From contig NC_068985.1 in NCBI RefSeq assembly GCF_001194135.2, positions 13,803,900-13,867,899 on the forward strand: 64,000 nucleotides of DNA. The letters run 5' to 3'. The notes beneath the pieces are model-generated. The model was not told where the DNA came from. It was given only the letters and a program-made list of their open reading frames with translations, and did not search any database. The position numbers and the translations under genes are program-made. This document shows, piece by piece, positions 29,216 through 42,900 of this stretch (position 1 is its first letter; the number at the start of each line of letters is the position of its first letter). Origin of the DNA: Octopus bimaculoides. Taxonomy: Eukaryota.

Positions 29216-32200
29216 GGTGGGCTTCTTTCAGTTTCCTCCTACCAAATCCACTCACAAGGCTTTGGCTGGCCCGAGGCTATAATAGAAGACACTTGCCCAA
29301 GGTGCCATGCAGTGGAACCGAACCCAGAACCATGTGGTTGGGAAGCAAGCTACTTACCACGCAGCCACTCCTGTGCCTATGGTAACCAGAACACAATAAG
29401 GCAATTATATTTAGACTGATCCTTCTTTTATTGTGTTCCATCCTGGTTACAATTCCTCAAGAAACTAGGTTCTTAAATTTCACTTGATATTAAAGGGAAA
29501 ACAATAGAAAACATGATTTAACCTCTTGGTACTGGACACAGCAAGAATAAAATTTTGTCCAGTGTTCCAGTTGTAATTGGCAGTATTCATCTTCATCCAG
29601 TTGGTATTCCATAGCAGCATTGCGAATCTGAAAGATCGAAAGAAGACAAAGAGTAAAAAATAATTCAACAGCAAACAGTAGTTCTGTATCCTAAACAGAA
29701 CAGGAATTGAACTTAAAAAGCCAATTTTTATGTTTCTTAGAGTTTTCGTAAGAAAACTGACTGACTAACAGCCTTACAGAATTATCTCCAACTCTTTAGG
29801 TTGTGAGTTCAAGTCAAACCAAAGTTAGTCTTACCCGCCATCTCTCCAGGGTTGGTAGAATAAAGTACTTACCAGGTTTTGAGGACAACAACTAAATGCT
29901 TCTACCAAATTTGCTAGCCTTGTTTCTAAATTCAAAACCATTTATCATCTGTGTTTTGTTCCCATTATTTTACTGGCCCTCGTGCCGGTGGCACGTAAAA
30001 GCACTCCCTACACTCTCGGAGTGGTTGGCATTAGGAAGGGCATCCAGCTGTAGAAACTCTGCCAGATCAGATTGAAAACTGGTGCAGCCATCTGGTTCAC
30101 CAGTCCTCAGTCAAATCGTCCAACCCATCCTAGCATGGAAAGCGGACCTTAAACGATGATGATGATGATGATGATTGTTTCTAAGGAAAACAATCTAGTT
30201 TTAAATGCAAGCTATTACATTATATTATAAATTCAGTACAATTAACATGAATATCACTCATATGGAATACAAGATCATCGTTCGTTTAACATCTGCTTTC
30301 CATGCTGGCATGGGTTGGACGGTTTGACTGAGGACTGGCGAACCAGAAGGCTGCACCAGGCTCTAATCCGATCTGGCAAAGTTTCTACAGCTGGATGCCC
30401 TTCCTAATGCCAACCACTCAGAGTGTAGTGGGTGTTTTTATGTGTCACCGGCACGAGGGCCAGTCAGGCAGTACTGGCAACGGCCACACTCAAAAGGTGT
30501 TTTTTATGTGCCACCATCACAGGGAGCCAGTCCAGCGGCACTGGCAACGACCATGCTCAAATGTTGTCCACAGGATGTTTACACTAATCATTTCACAGCC
30601 AAGACATCACATTTATACATTATCATCATTTACGTATCATTGCTATTATCTTAAATAATTCTGTATTTTCACCCATCTGATATCAACTGGTCCAAGAATG
30701 CCTCCGATTCAATGATACAAACTTCCTGTTTTAAAGTGATCTAAATTAAAACCTCCCACCAAAATTTTATCCTGATTTATGTTCCAAACACCAGCTTAAT
30801 AGTGACAAAGCCATTTTACTGAATTCTTTATTATTCTCAAAATTAATTGAATCAAAATCATTGTACAGTTCTATACTTAAGAGATGAGGAATTATGTACA
30901 TTATTTATATGGCATAGTGGTTAAGAGCACGGGCTATTAACCCCAAGATTCCAAGTTCGATTCCAAGCAGTACCATAATAATAATAATAATTATAATAAT
31001 AACATTGAAAAATACCTTAGGAATGAGAACCCAGGTTCCAAATTTCACCAAGACACCTGATGAAGGCAGGAGAGTATATCAGCCAAAACGTGTTAACAAT
31101 AAACACGATGAGGACAAATATCCGTCAAATGTAAATAAAAAGCACTGTCTATCAATAGAAATCATCATCATCATTTAATGCTGGCATGGGTGGGATGGTT
31201 TCACAAGAGCTGACCAGGCAGAAGCTTGCACCAGACTTCTGCGACTCTTGGCAGGATTTTTACAGCTGAATGCCCTTACTAACACCAACCACTCAGTAGA
31301 GTGGAGTTAGTGCTTTTTATGTGGCACAAGTACAGGTGAGGTCAATTTTGGCAAGGTGTTTTTACAGCTGGATGCCCTTCCAAACACCAACCATTCAGCA
31401 GAGTGGACTGGGTGCTTTTAAGTGGCACCTACACTGACAGGGTCACCAAGTACTTGCAAGACAAAGAAAAAAAAAACTTTCAAGAGGGGAAGAGGCATTG
31501 GAGGAAGTGATCTTGTGTTGGATGATGAAAAAGTTGTAGTGAGACAGATACAGGTGTCTTGCTGTAGAGGAAGTACAGGGTTACCTGGGGTCAGAGAGAG
31601 AAAGATCAGGAATGAAGACAGAAACAGGTGTGCTACCGTAAAGAAAGTACAGTTACCCAACCTGAGGGGGAATGCAGCAGAAATATGGTACTAAAATGGT
31701 TAAGCAAGACTATTTAATGCAGTTCTATATTTAAGAGATGAGGAATTATGTACATTATTTACATTTGATGGATATTTGTCCTCATCTTGTTTGTTGTCAA
31801 CACAACCTTTCGGCTGATATACCCTCCAGCCTTCATCAAGTGTCTTGGGGAAATTTCAAACCTGGGTTCTCATTCCTAAGGTATTTTTCAATGTTGTTAT
31901 TATTATTACTATTATTATTAATCAGGTCACGGCCTGGAATCGAACTCAGAATCTTGGGGTTAGTAGCCTGCATTCTTAACCAGTGGTTAAGCTGAATAAT
32001 AATAATAATAATACAACATCAAAAAATACCTTAGGAATGAGAACTCAGGTTCGAAATTTCCCCAAGACACCTGATGAAGGCTGGAGGGTATATCAGCCGA
32101 AATGCTGTGTTAACAACAAACAAGATGAGGACAAACATCCGTCAAATTTAAATAATGTACAAGACTATTTAATTTTAAATATGATTGATCTAATAACATT

Positions 32201-35200
32201 ATTTTATACATCATATTAACAACTACAAACTCACTGGTTGGTGCATCTTGCTGCCCACTCTCCTATCAATTTGAGAATCTAAGTAGGACCACCATTATGC
32301 TAAATTCCCTTTTACCTCCAATGACTAGAAATCCAAAAATGAAATGTTTACAGTAAGGAAGATAAAACAAAAGAAAAAAAAAAAACCCCAATACTTACTT
32401 CAGTTTCAACAGTGTTTGTAACTTCCTCTTTAAGACTGATTAGACTGATGGTGTCTTGTCTAACATGGACTGAGCGTTTATAAACCTAGAGAAAGAAAAT
32501 GTGTATGATTCTTGAATTATGAATAAAGTTTGACGATAAGTGCCTTGGCTTTTGGCAATAGATGACACCACAGAAAATGCATGTCTTCTTTGTTGCACAC
32601 ATGTAATTCCTCTAAAGTCTAGTTCTTCTCAAAATATTTATACATTGCTATTCATGCACGTTTATGCCATACATCCAACCAAATATGCTAGCTTCATTTC
32701 TTTTCAGTTTTCTTCAGTCCTCTGCTATTTAAAGCACATGTCTCACTATCAGCCAACATCACAATTTTAACGCATGCATTATATAATCTACCCTTCACTC
32801 TGAGGAGAAAAGACCATTGCTGCTAGCAACTGTAGTAGCACCTTTGATATTTTCCATTCTGTTCTTAGCTTGGCTACTATATTTTCAGAGCAAATACCTC
32901 CCCTGCTAATTACATTGGGGTAACAAAAGCTAACAGCTACTTCTAGTGAGACATCCAGGCATTTAAGAGTATCTAGTTCAGGTGTGCTCATAATATGTAC
33001 TGCTTATGAAGCTAACTTTCTCTGTAGCCTATAACTCAAATTAGATAGTTTTCTATAGGCATAAGGATTTAAGTATGAAATCATTTAAGTCACAGAGGAA
33101 AATGCATATGAAATACAACTATTTATTTTTTTGCCAAACTTTATAATAAATAATTCAGAATTTGAAACCAGGAAATACATTCTTTTTGAAAATATGATGA
33201 TGATGATCATCGTTTAACTTCTCTTTTCCATGCTGGCATGGTTTGGATGGTTAGACAAGGATCTGGCCAAACACTAATTGTGAAATGGTTTCTATGGCTG
33301 GATGCTGTTCCTAATACCATCCAGTTTACAGTGTGTTGGTGGCTTTTAAAACGTGCCACTGGCACCTGCAAAGGACAAGCCTGTATGTATGGAAGACAGA
33401 AAAAAAAAAAAAATTAAAACCTAGTTAGTTTCAGAGTAATAACTGGTTGATGATGTTTAGTCAAAGTTCAGTTCTGACTGAGTAGACCTGTAATCAAAAG
33501 TGTCCCAGACATGACCAATCCAACTTGTCTACTTCCAGACATAGTGTATCTCATATAACATTATTTAATGTGTTATATTTTTCAAGACCCTAGGATATGA
33601 TTTGAGAGTGTGATCCTTGTTATTTCAAATAAGGTCAAGCAACTTTATAGAGCTTCCTTTGATGGTTCATGCAATCAGTTGGGCAGATAAGCTACAGAGA
33701 GAGAGGCATCTAGATAGACACCAGTCTCAAGTACAGCATTTTAAGAAACACTAAAACCTCTTGAAAAGAAAGTAATACTTACATTAAGGGCACGTACAAT
33801 GTCCTGAGTGCTGAAGCAACCAGGATAAAAGATTTTCTCCATGTAAACATCTCGAGGATCACGGTAATTAGGAATCCAAAGGTCGGCTGTTTCCGGAGGT
33901 TGTAAGATCACATCAGTCCATTCTTTTGCAGCAGTCTGATCACTGCAGATAATATTTTCAATGAAGTAAAATAAGCATTATACACAGAAGGAAAGCTTCC
34001 ATCATTTCTTAACAAGGTATTTATAATTATAGGTCAGGAAACATGTGAAGTTGTGATATTTAAGCTTCTTACAATAAAAATATTGGGACGTCAGATAAAT
34101 TTGTTTTTTCCATTTATTTTCATCCTATACAGTGTTATCTGAATCAACACAAAATAATATTCTTTATTGTAGTGTTTTCTTTCTTTTTTGTAAACCATTT
34201 TTCCATTGTAACTTTTGTTTAAGGTTTTTTCAAAATTTGAACAAATCTTACCATTTTTCGAACATAAAGCTATGAAGTACCAATTAAAAAAAACAAAACA
34301 ATTGATCTGACAATCCTTACAGTTACATAAGACAATTCCAATTAGAAACTGGAAATGGATCTAAGATGTAAGTTGGTCAAGAAGTTACTGATATACTGAA
34401 CAATCTAAGTCAGAAAGAACAAAAATCTGACAAGATTTTGGCTCTAGTTATTGAAATAATACATATTTCTGTCACAAACTAAAGAAAAAGATGATTTATT
34501 GCTTAAATTCAAGTAAATGAAAAACGTACCTTGGAAATAAAGCTATTCTAGCAATTGGTTCTCCAGAACTACTGCTCCAAAGAGTTAATAAACGATCTCC
34601 AGTCAGGCAGAAATCAGTTAAATCTTCCTGGAAAGAGAAAAATAAAGATTCGATATTTAAATAGTTATTTTCTGTTTGCAATTTTAGTTTTTCTATATTA
34701 ACACCCAGATTGCAATTATGTTTTTTAGTTACTCTTTGAGTTGTGATTGTTCTTAACCTTTTAGCATTTAAACCAGCCCGAATATTCTGTTTTATACCCT
34801 CACATCTACAATGTCGGCAGTGCCATGTAAAAAGCACCCAGTACACTCTATGGAGTGGTTGGCGTTACAAAGGGCATCCAGCCATAGAAACCAAGCCAAA
34901 ACAGACTTTGGGACCTGGTGTGGCCCTGGCCTTGCCAGCTCCTGTCATGCTACCCAACCATGCCAGCATTGAAAATGGACATTAAATGATGATGATGACA
35001 ATGATGACATTATTGAAATCTTGAAGCTATGAGATAATTCATGATTAATTCAAAACAATGTGAATAAATAGGCATTACATTTGTCAGAGTAATCTGAATG
35101 CTAAAAAGTTTCATCATCATCATCATCGTTTAACGTCCACTTTCCATGCTGGCATGGGTTGAACGATTTGACTGAGGACTGGTGAACCAGGTGGCTACAC

Positions 35201-38200
35201 CAGGCTCCAATCTGATTTGGCAGAGTTTCTACAGCTGGATGCCCTTCCTGACGCCAACCACTCTGAGAGTGTAGTGGGTGCTTTTACGTGCCACCGGCAA
35301 GAAGGCCAGTCAGGCAGTACTGGCAACGGCCAAGCTCAAAATGGTGTATTTTATGTGCCACCTGCACAGGAGCCAGTCCAGCAGCACTGGCAACGACCTC
35401 GCTCGAATGTTTTTTCCCGTGCCCACAGTTAGTTGCCTTGCCTTTCTTCTTTCAAGCATGATAGCATGAAAACACACACCGAAAATATGGTTTGGCTTTA
35501 AGCTTCCTTACAATATATTCCAAGTTCTGCCTGCAGCTGTCAGTCAGTTATAAGAACAACAGAAGCTTCAGCTATGGACACATTGAAATAATTACTTTCT
35601 CTCACGATTAGATTACTAAATAAAAAGAAGAAAATTTATGAATGATAGAAGTACTAACCGAAGGTCCAAATATCGAACCAATATGATGTAACTGGTATCT
35701 ACCATCATTGAAAGAGGATTCAATGAAACAAAACTGAAAAATATAAAAAAAAAATTTAAAAATCAACAACAAAGATTGGTTGAAAATATAAGCAATTCAA
35801 ATAGATGTGAACATACAGGACTATATCAGGGTACACAAACTACTTGATTCTGAAACAGGAGAGTAATGAGTCTTCTCAAAGGATACAATACAATAGCAAG
35901 TTTGGAACAGATGAATTTGTGACTGTATATTTTGTTAATAAATTTCATAAAAATACAATAGTCGTTACTGACAGACATTGTAATAAAATCTTTCTCCTGC
36001 TTCTCCTACCACATCAAAATATAACCATGTGTAGAGTAACTGACTGTATTTAACCCTCTTGTTAACATATTGCTGTCAAACTACAATGCTTCTCTTTCAA
36101 TTAATTCTGAAGATAATGAAGAATTTAGTGAATATTTTGATATTAATCTATAATTTAAAATATAAATTAACATAAAAATTTGACAGAATAGAACCAGTGC
36201 TGACAAATTGGAAATTTCTAATTTTGCTTAGTTATTACGGAAGGACTTAGTGCCTTTTTATTATTGTATTCTACGACCCATCGTAACGTTTCTATTTAGA
36301 TTAAATCTCAGGTGGGAGGGCTAGGATTATCAAAAGGGTTAACAAAAATGGGAGATAAAGAGAAGTTGAGAGTTTTTATTTTGTCTCTTTTAATCTTGAG
36401 TGGAACCTTTCCACCGCATGTAAACAGGACAGTTAACAAAATGGAATCAGCATATTTCAACTTCCACACTACACCACACATAACCAGCCAACACACAATG
36501 GCATCTAAAATAAAAGGTTAATGGGTTTGGTTTTCTGAATATCAGTTACATTCAAACAGATCCAAACAAGTAACTAAACAACACAGTAGCTACAACCAAA
36601 TTCTTACCCAACTAAAAATTTTATGAAGTAGTTGTATGCTGTCAACTTAATGTGACAGTCCCATGAAGGGAACAATACTACTGTTGTTTAGACCTAGGAA
36701 GCTGCACTGCTTCCTGTCGGCCTTGACACATTTCCTGTATCCTTATGTTTACAAGGGGGAGACAAGCACTTCCACCCAGCTAAGCCTGTATCCAGAGACA
36801 TGTTTCTGATGACGAGCAAAAACNNNNNNNNNNNNNNNNNNNNNNNNNNNNNNNNNNNNNNNNNNNNNNNNNNNNNNNNNNNNNNNNNNNNNNNNNNNNN
36901 NNNNNNNNNNNNNNNNNNNNNNNNNNNNNNNNNNNNNNNNNNNNNNNNNNNNNNNNNNNNNNNNNNNNNNNNNNNNNNNNNNNNNNNNNNNNNNNNNNNN
37001 NNNNNNNNNNNNNNNNNNNNNNNNNNNNNNNNNNNNNNNNNNNNNNNNNNNNNNNNNNNNNNNNNNNNNNNNNNNNNNNNNNNNNNNNNNNNNNNNNNNN
37101 NNNNNNNNNNNNNNNNNNNNNNNNNNNNNNNNNNNNNNNNNNNNNNNNNNNNNNNNNNNNNNNNNNNNNNNNNNNNNNNNNNNNNNNNNNNNNNNNNNNN
37201 NNNNNNNNNNNNNNNNNNNNNNNNNNNNNNNNNNNNNNNNNNNNNNNNNNNNNNNNNNNNNNNNNNNNNNNNNNNNNNNNNNNNNNNNNNNNNNNNNNNN
37301 NNNNNNNNNNNNNNNNNNNNNNNNNNNNNNNNNNNNNNNNNNNNNNNNNNNNNNNNNNNNNNNNNNNNNNNNNNNNNNNNNNNNNNNNNNNNNNNNNNNN
37401 NNNNNNNNNNNNNNNNNNNNNNNNNNNNNNNNNNNNNNNNNNNNNNNNNNNNNNNNNNNNNNNNNNNNNNNNNNNNNNNNNNNNNNNNNNNNNNNNNNNN
37501 NNNNNNNNNNNNNNNNNNNNNNNNNNNNNNNNNNNNNNNNNNNNNNNNNNNNNNNNNNNNNNNNNNNNNNNNNNNNNNNNNNNNNNNNNNNNNNNNNNNN
37601 NNNNNNNNNNNNNNNNNNNNNNNNNNNNNNNNNNNNNNNNNNNNNNNNNNNNNNNNNNNNNNNNNNNNNNNNNNNNNNNNNNNNNNNNNNNNNNNNNNNN
37701 NNNNNNNNNNNNNNNAGCTGGTGTTAGGAACATAAATTCTGACTAAGGTTTGGTGGAAGATTTTAATTCAGAACTTATGAAAACAAAAACATTTGTACTA
37801 TAGAGCCAGTTTCAGCCAGGCTGGTAACAAAAGGGTTAAAAATATCTTGGTGTTTAAGCCTTTTGTTACTGTATTTATTTTGAGATACTCTGTGTTTCAT
37901 TCAATTAATTTTAAATATAACAAAGAATTTAGTAAAATAACTTAGTTATCATTAAGCTAGTGTTAGGAACATAAATTGTGACTAAGGTCTGGTGGAAGAT
38001 TTTAATTCAAAACTTATGGAAACAAGACATTTGTGCTACAGAGCCAGTGGCAGTTTCAGACAGGTTGGTATTGAAAGGGTTAATAGAGTGTTAGAATGAA
38101 GACCCGTGAGTCCTTATTCCAATCCCAAACTTTGGCATGTTGACATTGTAATTTTCTTCTTGAAATTGATACTACTGTATCTTCTGGCCTTACAAGTCAA

Positions 38201-39949
38201 ATTTTTTAGACCAAAATTTACAATCAATATAGGTAGGTTGACTTATACACCAAGATGACTTTGGAGAAGCAAAAATTACATGTGAAACATAGCAAGATTT
38301 GGAAATATAGTGACTATGTTTGAATGTTTACACTATATACATCAACTTGTATATATATATATAAAAATATAAATGTGCCCTTTTAAAGCCTAGCCAGGCT
38401 CATGGGCCTGGTTTCCCGGTTTCAATGGCGTATGTGTTCCCCAGCTGGAAGGGACGCCAGTCCAACGCAGCGTTGCTCATTTTCGCCATCTGAGTGGACT
38501 GGAGCAATGTGAAATGAAGTGTTTTGCTCAAGAACACAATGTGTCGCCCGGTCCAGGAATCGAAACCACAATCTTATGATCATGATGCTGACACCCTAAC
38601 CACTAAGCCACGCGTCTTCACCAACTTGTATACACAGTAACTGAAATTCCAACAGTTTTGAGCTACCTTTAGGTAGTTAGGACAAGTGATAGAAGGGAAG
38701 GTTTCAATCACAAAGATACACAAATCAATATATAATGATCGTTACAATGGGATTCTCTCTACTTTTCTCTTTATCCAACAACATAATCATCCATAAAGAA
38801 CACTGAAATCTTTAAAAAATCTAAAATGTGGTATTCTCTTACCGCCAATAGATGGAAGATGTGGATGTTGTTTATTACGAGTTAAATCAAGCAGATTAAA
38901 AACCATTAAGCATTCCTGAGTCTGAAAGAAAGAAAAAGAAAGCCAAAATCAAAAACACATTAAATTTTCTCTTGGAATCTGGTAAGATAAATCCTTCAGT
39001 TATTTTTTAGCCCCTACTCTGTTTATATTTTCGTCAAAATACGCACCTTTTATTTATTTCGAAAATAAAGAAGAATTTAATAAAATAACTCATCATCATC
39101 ATTGTTTAACGTCTGCTTTCTGTGCTGGCATGGGTTGGATCGTTTGACTGGGGACTAGCAAACCAGGAGGCTGCACCAGGCTCCAATCTGATCTGGCAAT
39201 ATTTCTACAGCTGGATGCTCTTCCTAACACCAACCACTCCAAGAGTGTAGTGGGTGCTTTTTACGTGCCATTGGCATGGGAGCCAGTCAGGCAGCACTGG
39301 CATCGACCACGTTTGGATGGTGCTTTTTACGTGCCACCGTCACAGGGAGCCAGTCAGGTGGCACTGGCATTGACCCACGCTTGAATGATTCTTATTACAT
39401 GCCACCAACATGGGTGCCAGCCAGACGGCGCTGGCATCGGCCACAACTACAATTTCCATTTATTTATCATTATAAACCTGCTACAGGCACATGAATGGCT
39501 GTGTGGTTAAGAAGTTGGCTTTTGAAACACATGGATTCACGTTCAGTTCCAGTGCATGGTACTTAGGGCAAGTGTCTTCTACTTGGACCTGATGAGTGAA
39601 TGTGACTAATAGAAACTGAAAGAAGCCTGTTTATTTATATAAAAGGCTTCTTTCAGCCTCTATGCAGTTGTTTGATCTACTAAAAACAGCAGCCAAAATC
39701 ACCAAATTACACCATGCTAGCTTAAAAAGATAGCTTTTTATATTTATATGTATGCAAGCTTCACTGTCTGTTTTGGCATGGCTTTTACAGCTGGATGCCA
39801 ACCACCTCACAGATGGACTGGATGCTTTATCATGGCACCAGCATTGGTGAGGTCTACTTTGACAAGGTCTTGATGGTTAGATGCCCTTCCTAATGCGAAC
39901 TACTTTATGAACGACATCCAACAAGCATTTGGTTTAAAACTTCTTTCCA

Positions 39950-39993
<44 letters not shown>

Positions 39994-42900
39994 CAGGAAA
40001 AAGAAGACACAGAATCGCAACTCACCTTTGTTGACCACCATCTCAGTTTGTGATCTTTACATACACAGAATATAAAAACTTCATCATCAACAGCATCCAT
40101 TACCAAGCTGAGTGCTTTTTCAGCTGTTTCTGAAGAACCCCTGAAACAGAAATGAGTCTTTCAATAATACAATCAATGCTGCTATAAACAAAATCAAACA
40201 ACAACAGCAACAACAGCTGAAATCATTTTTGCCATGAGTATTTTCAGTTAATTAATTATCTAATTATCTAATGCTGTTCTTTCAACTTAACCCTTTAGCA
40301 TTCAGATTATTCTGCCAAATGTAATAATACTAACGCCAACCACACTCTCGGAGTGGTTGGCGTTAGGAAGGGCATCCAGCTGTAGAAACTCTGCCAAATC
40401 AGATTGGAGCCTGGTGCAGCCATCTGGTTTCACCAGTCCTCAGTCAAATCGTCCGACCCATGCTAGCATGGAAAGCGGACGTTAAACGATGATGATGATG
40501 ATTTATTCACAATGTTTTTAATTAATCTTGCATTATCTCATAGCTTTGAGATTTCAGTGATGGGATTGTTTTATTTTTAGAATGACATTGTAGGGTAGGT
40601 GTGAGAGGCCAGACCTGGCCTGTTTAACATGAAACATTTTGGCCAGATTTGGCTGGTTTAATGCTAAGGGGTTAAACAACAAAGAAGCTGATATGTAGCC
40701 ACTTGCTAAAAATAGTTGTCAGATTTCCAACAGATCACAGAGTAATCTTAAAAAGAATACAGAACACAATGAAGGCTAAGACACATTCAAATAAAGACAG
40801 AATGGTAACTACAAGTCCCAGAACTTGAGACAGTAATGTCCAGGGCACTTATCACTACTTGAATGGCTCAATCTCAGAATCTCAGCTGATATTTCATGGT
40901 GATGACCCATACAAAGATAAGATTGCTTGCCAAAGGCTGCATTTACCCTGAAATCTAGAAAACACTTCAATTTTGAACAACTGCTGGTTTTAAAAAGCAC
41001 CCATGATGGGGCCCACACATAAAGCACCCGTGCACAAGCCATGTAATGAGCACCCGTGCTGGTACCACATAGAAAAACACCCAGTATACTCTGTAAAGTG
41101 GTTGGTAACAGGAAAGGCATCCAGCCACAGAAACCGTGTCAAAACAGACTGGAGCCTGGAGCTCTTGTCAAACTGTCCAACTTATGCCAGCATGGAAAAT
41201 GGACATTAAATGACACGATGATGATGATTTACCTACCAGTCTATCCACCTACATTAACTCTTTAGCATTTAAACCAGCCAAATCGTCATGGCACCTGTGC
41301 CCAGCATCGCCTTCCTGGCACTTGTGCCGGATGACATGTGTAAAGACATTTGAGCGAGATCGTTGCCAGTGCCGCCAAACTGGCTCCTGTNNNNNNNNNN
41401 ATTTGAGCGAGATCGTTGCCAGTGCCGCCAAACTGGCTCCTGTGCTGGTGGCACATAAAATACACCATTTTGAGCGTGGCCGTTGCCAGTACCGCCTGAT
41501 TGGCCTTCGTTCCGGTGGCACGTAAAAGTACCCACTACATTCTCGGAGTGGTTGGCGTTAGGAAGGGCATCCAGCTGTAGAAACTCTGCCAAATCAGATT
41601 GGAGCCTGGTGTAGCCATATGGTTCACCAGTCCTCAGTCAAATTGTCCAACCCATGCTAGCATGGAAAGCAGACAAACTACGATGATGATGATGATGATA
41701 TCATGCAAATATTCTCCTTATTTTATGTTCAAACTAACCAAATCTGGCCTCTCACATTCACCCTACAATGTGGTTCTACAAAAATACAATCACGTCATTG
41801 TAATAGTGAAGCTAGAAGATAATGCATGATTAATTAGAAAGAATGTGAATAATTAAGCATTGAATTTAATAAAGTAATCCAAACGCTAAAGGGTTAAAAT
41901 GTGTCTTGTGACTGCACAAAAGAAGCTGTGCTCAAACTATAGCTGCCATTTACAAGCAAGTACGACTTGGTAGCATATGCCATGCTTTCACCTGTTGTTT
42001 TAGGTGTACACATACTTACAAGCAGGTATAGATGTCACCCTCTTGGTCTTCCCACTCTTGACCCAGCAGAACACTGGGAATGTGATGGCTGAGGGATGGG
42101 GGAGAGATGTACTAGCAATCAGCAAGGGTTAATTTCCAGCTGAGCAGTAGTTCCCAACCTTTTCACTACCGAGGTCCCCTTTTATTTTAAATGAGTTTTC
42201 CCACGGACTCCAGGATATTCTTTTCTACTCTAGGTACAAGGCCCGAAATTTTGGGGGAGGGCCGATCGATTAGATCGACCCCAGTATGCAACTGCTACTT
42301 AATTTATTGATCCTGAAAGGATGAAAGGTAAAGTCAACCTCGGCAGAATTTGAACTCAGAATGTAAAGACAGACCAAACACTACTAAGCATTTCACCCGG
42401 TGTGCTAAAGTTTCTGCCAGCTCACCATGATATTGAAAGGTGCTTAACTTGTTCACAGACCCCCCCAGTACTACCTTTGTGGACCACCAGGGGTCTGCGA
42501 ACCACTGGTCTGGAGCAATGTGAAATGGTGTGTCTTACACAAGGATATACTGTGCTGTCCGATTCAGGAATCGAACCCACAACTGTATGATTATGAGGCC
42601 AACACCTTAACCACTACGCCACACACCTTACACCTCTATAAACAGTGTGCAATGAAATATATTTGAAAATATAAAACAACCAATTCAGACTTAAGACTAG
42701 TTTTAAAATCATGGCATTAAATCAATTGCATTTTCTATAACCAAATGAGGACTTGTAATAAAACATCAAAACATATAAAGTAGTCAGACTTACTTAATGA
42801 TATTTGGAACCAAACCACTCCAAATTCTTTGCATCATGCTAGAGTGACAAAGTTCAAAGCGAGTCACCTCACCTGAAATGAAAGAATCTTTTATTAATTT

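Noticed and set aside
35877-35886. Second GTATCCTTTG (U12 donor-like) on the minus strand near exon 9
   Set aside because: No TCCTTAAC branch site before the exon 9 acceptor, which has a normal pyrimidine tract; the upstream 36-nt candidate exon gives the wrong phase and no Nup160 similarity.
39589-39616. CTGATGA...GAAAC resembling a hammerhead
   Set aside because: It is a mutated family C SINE segment (consensus CTTGTGAG..GGAAAC); no helix II or helix I pairing.
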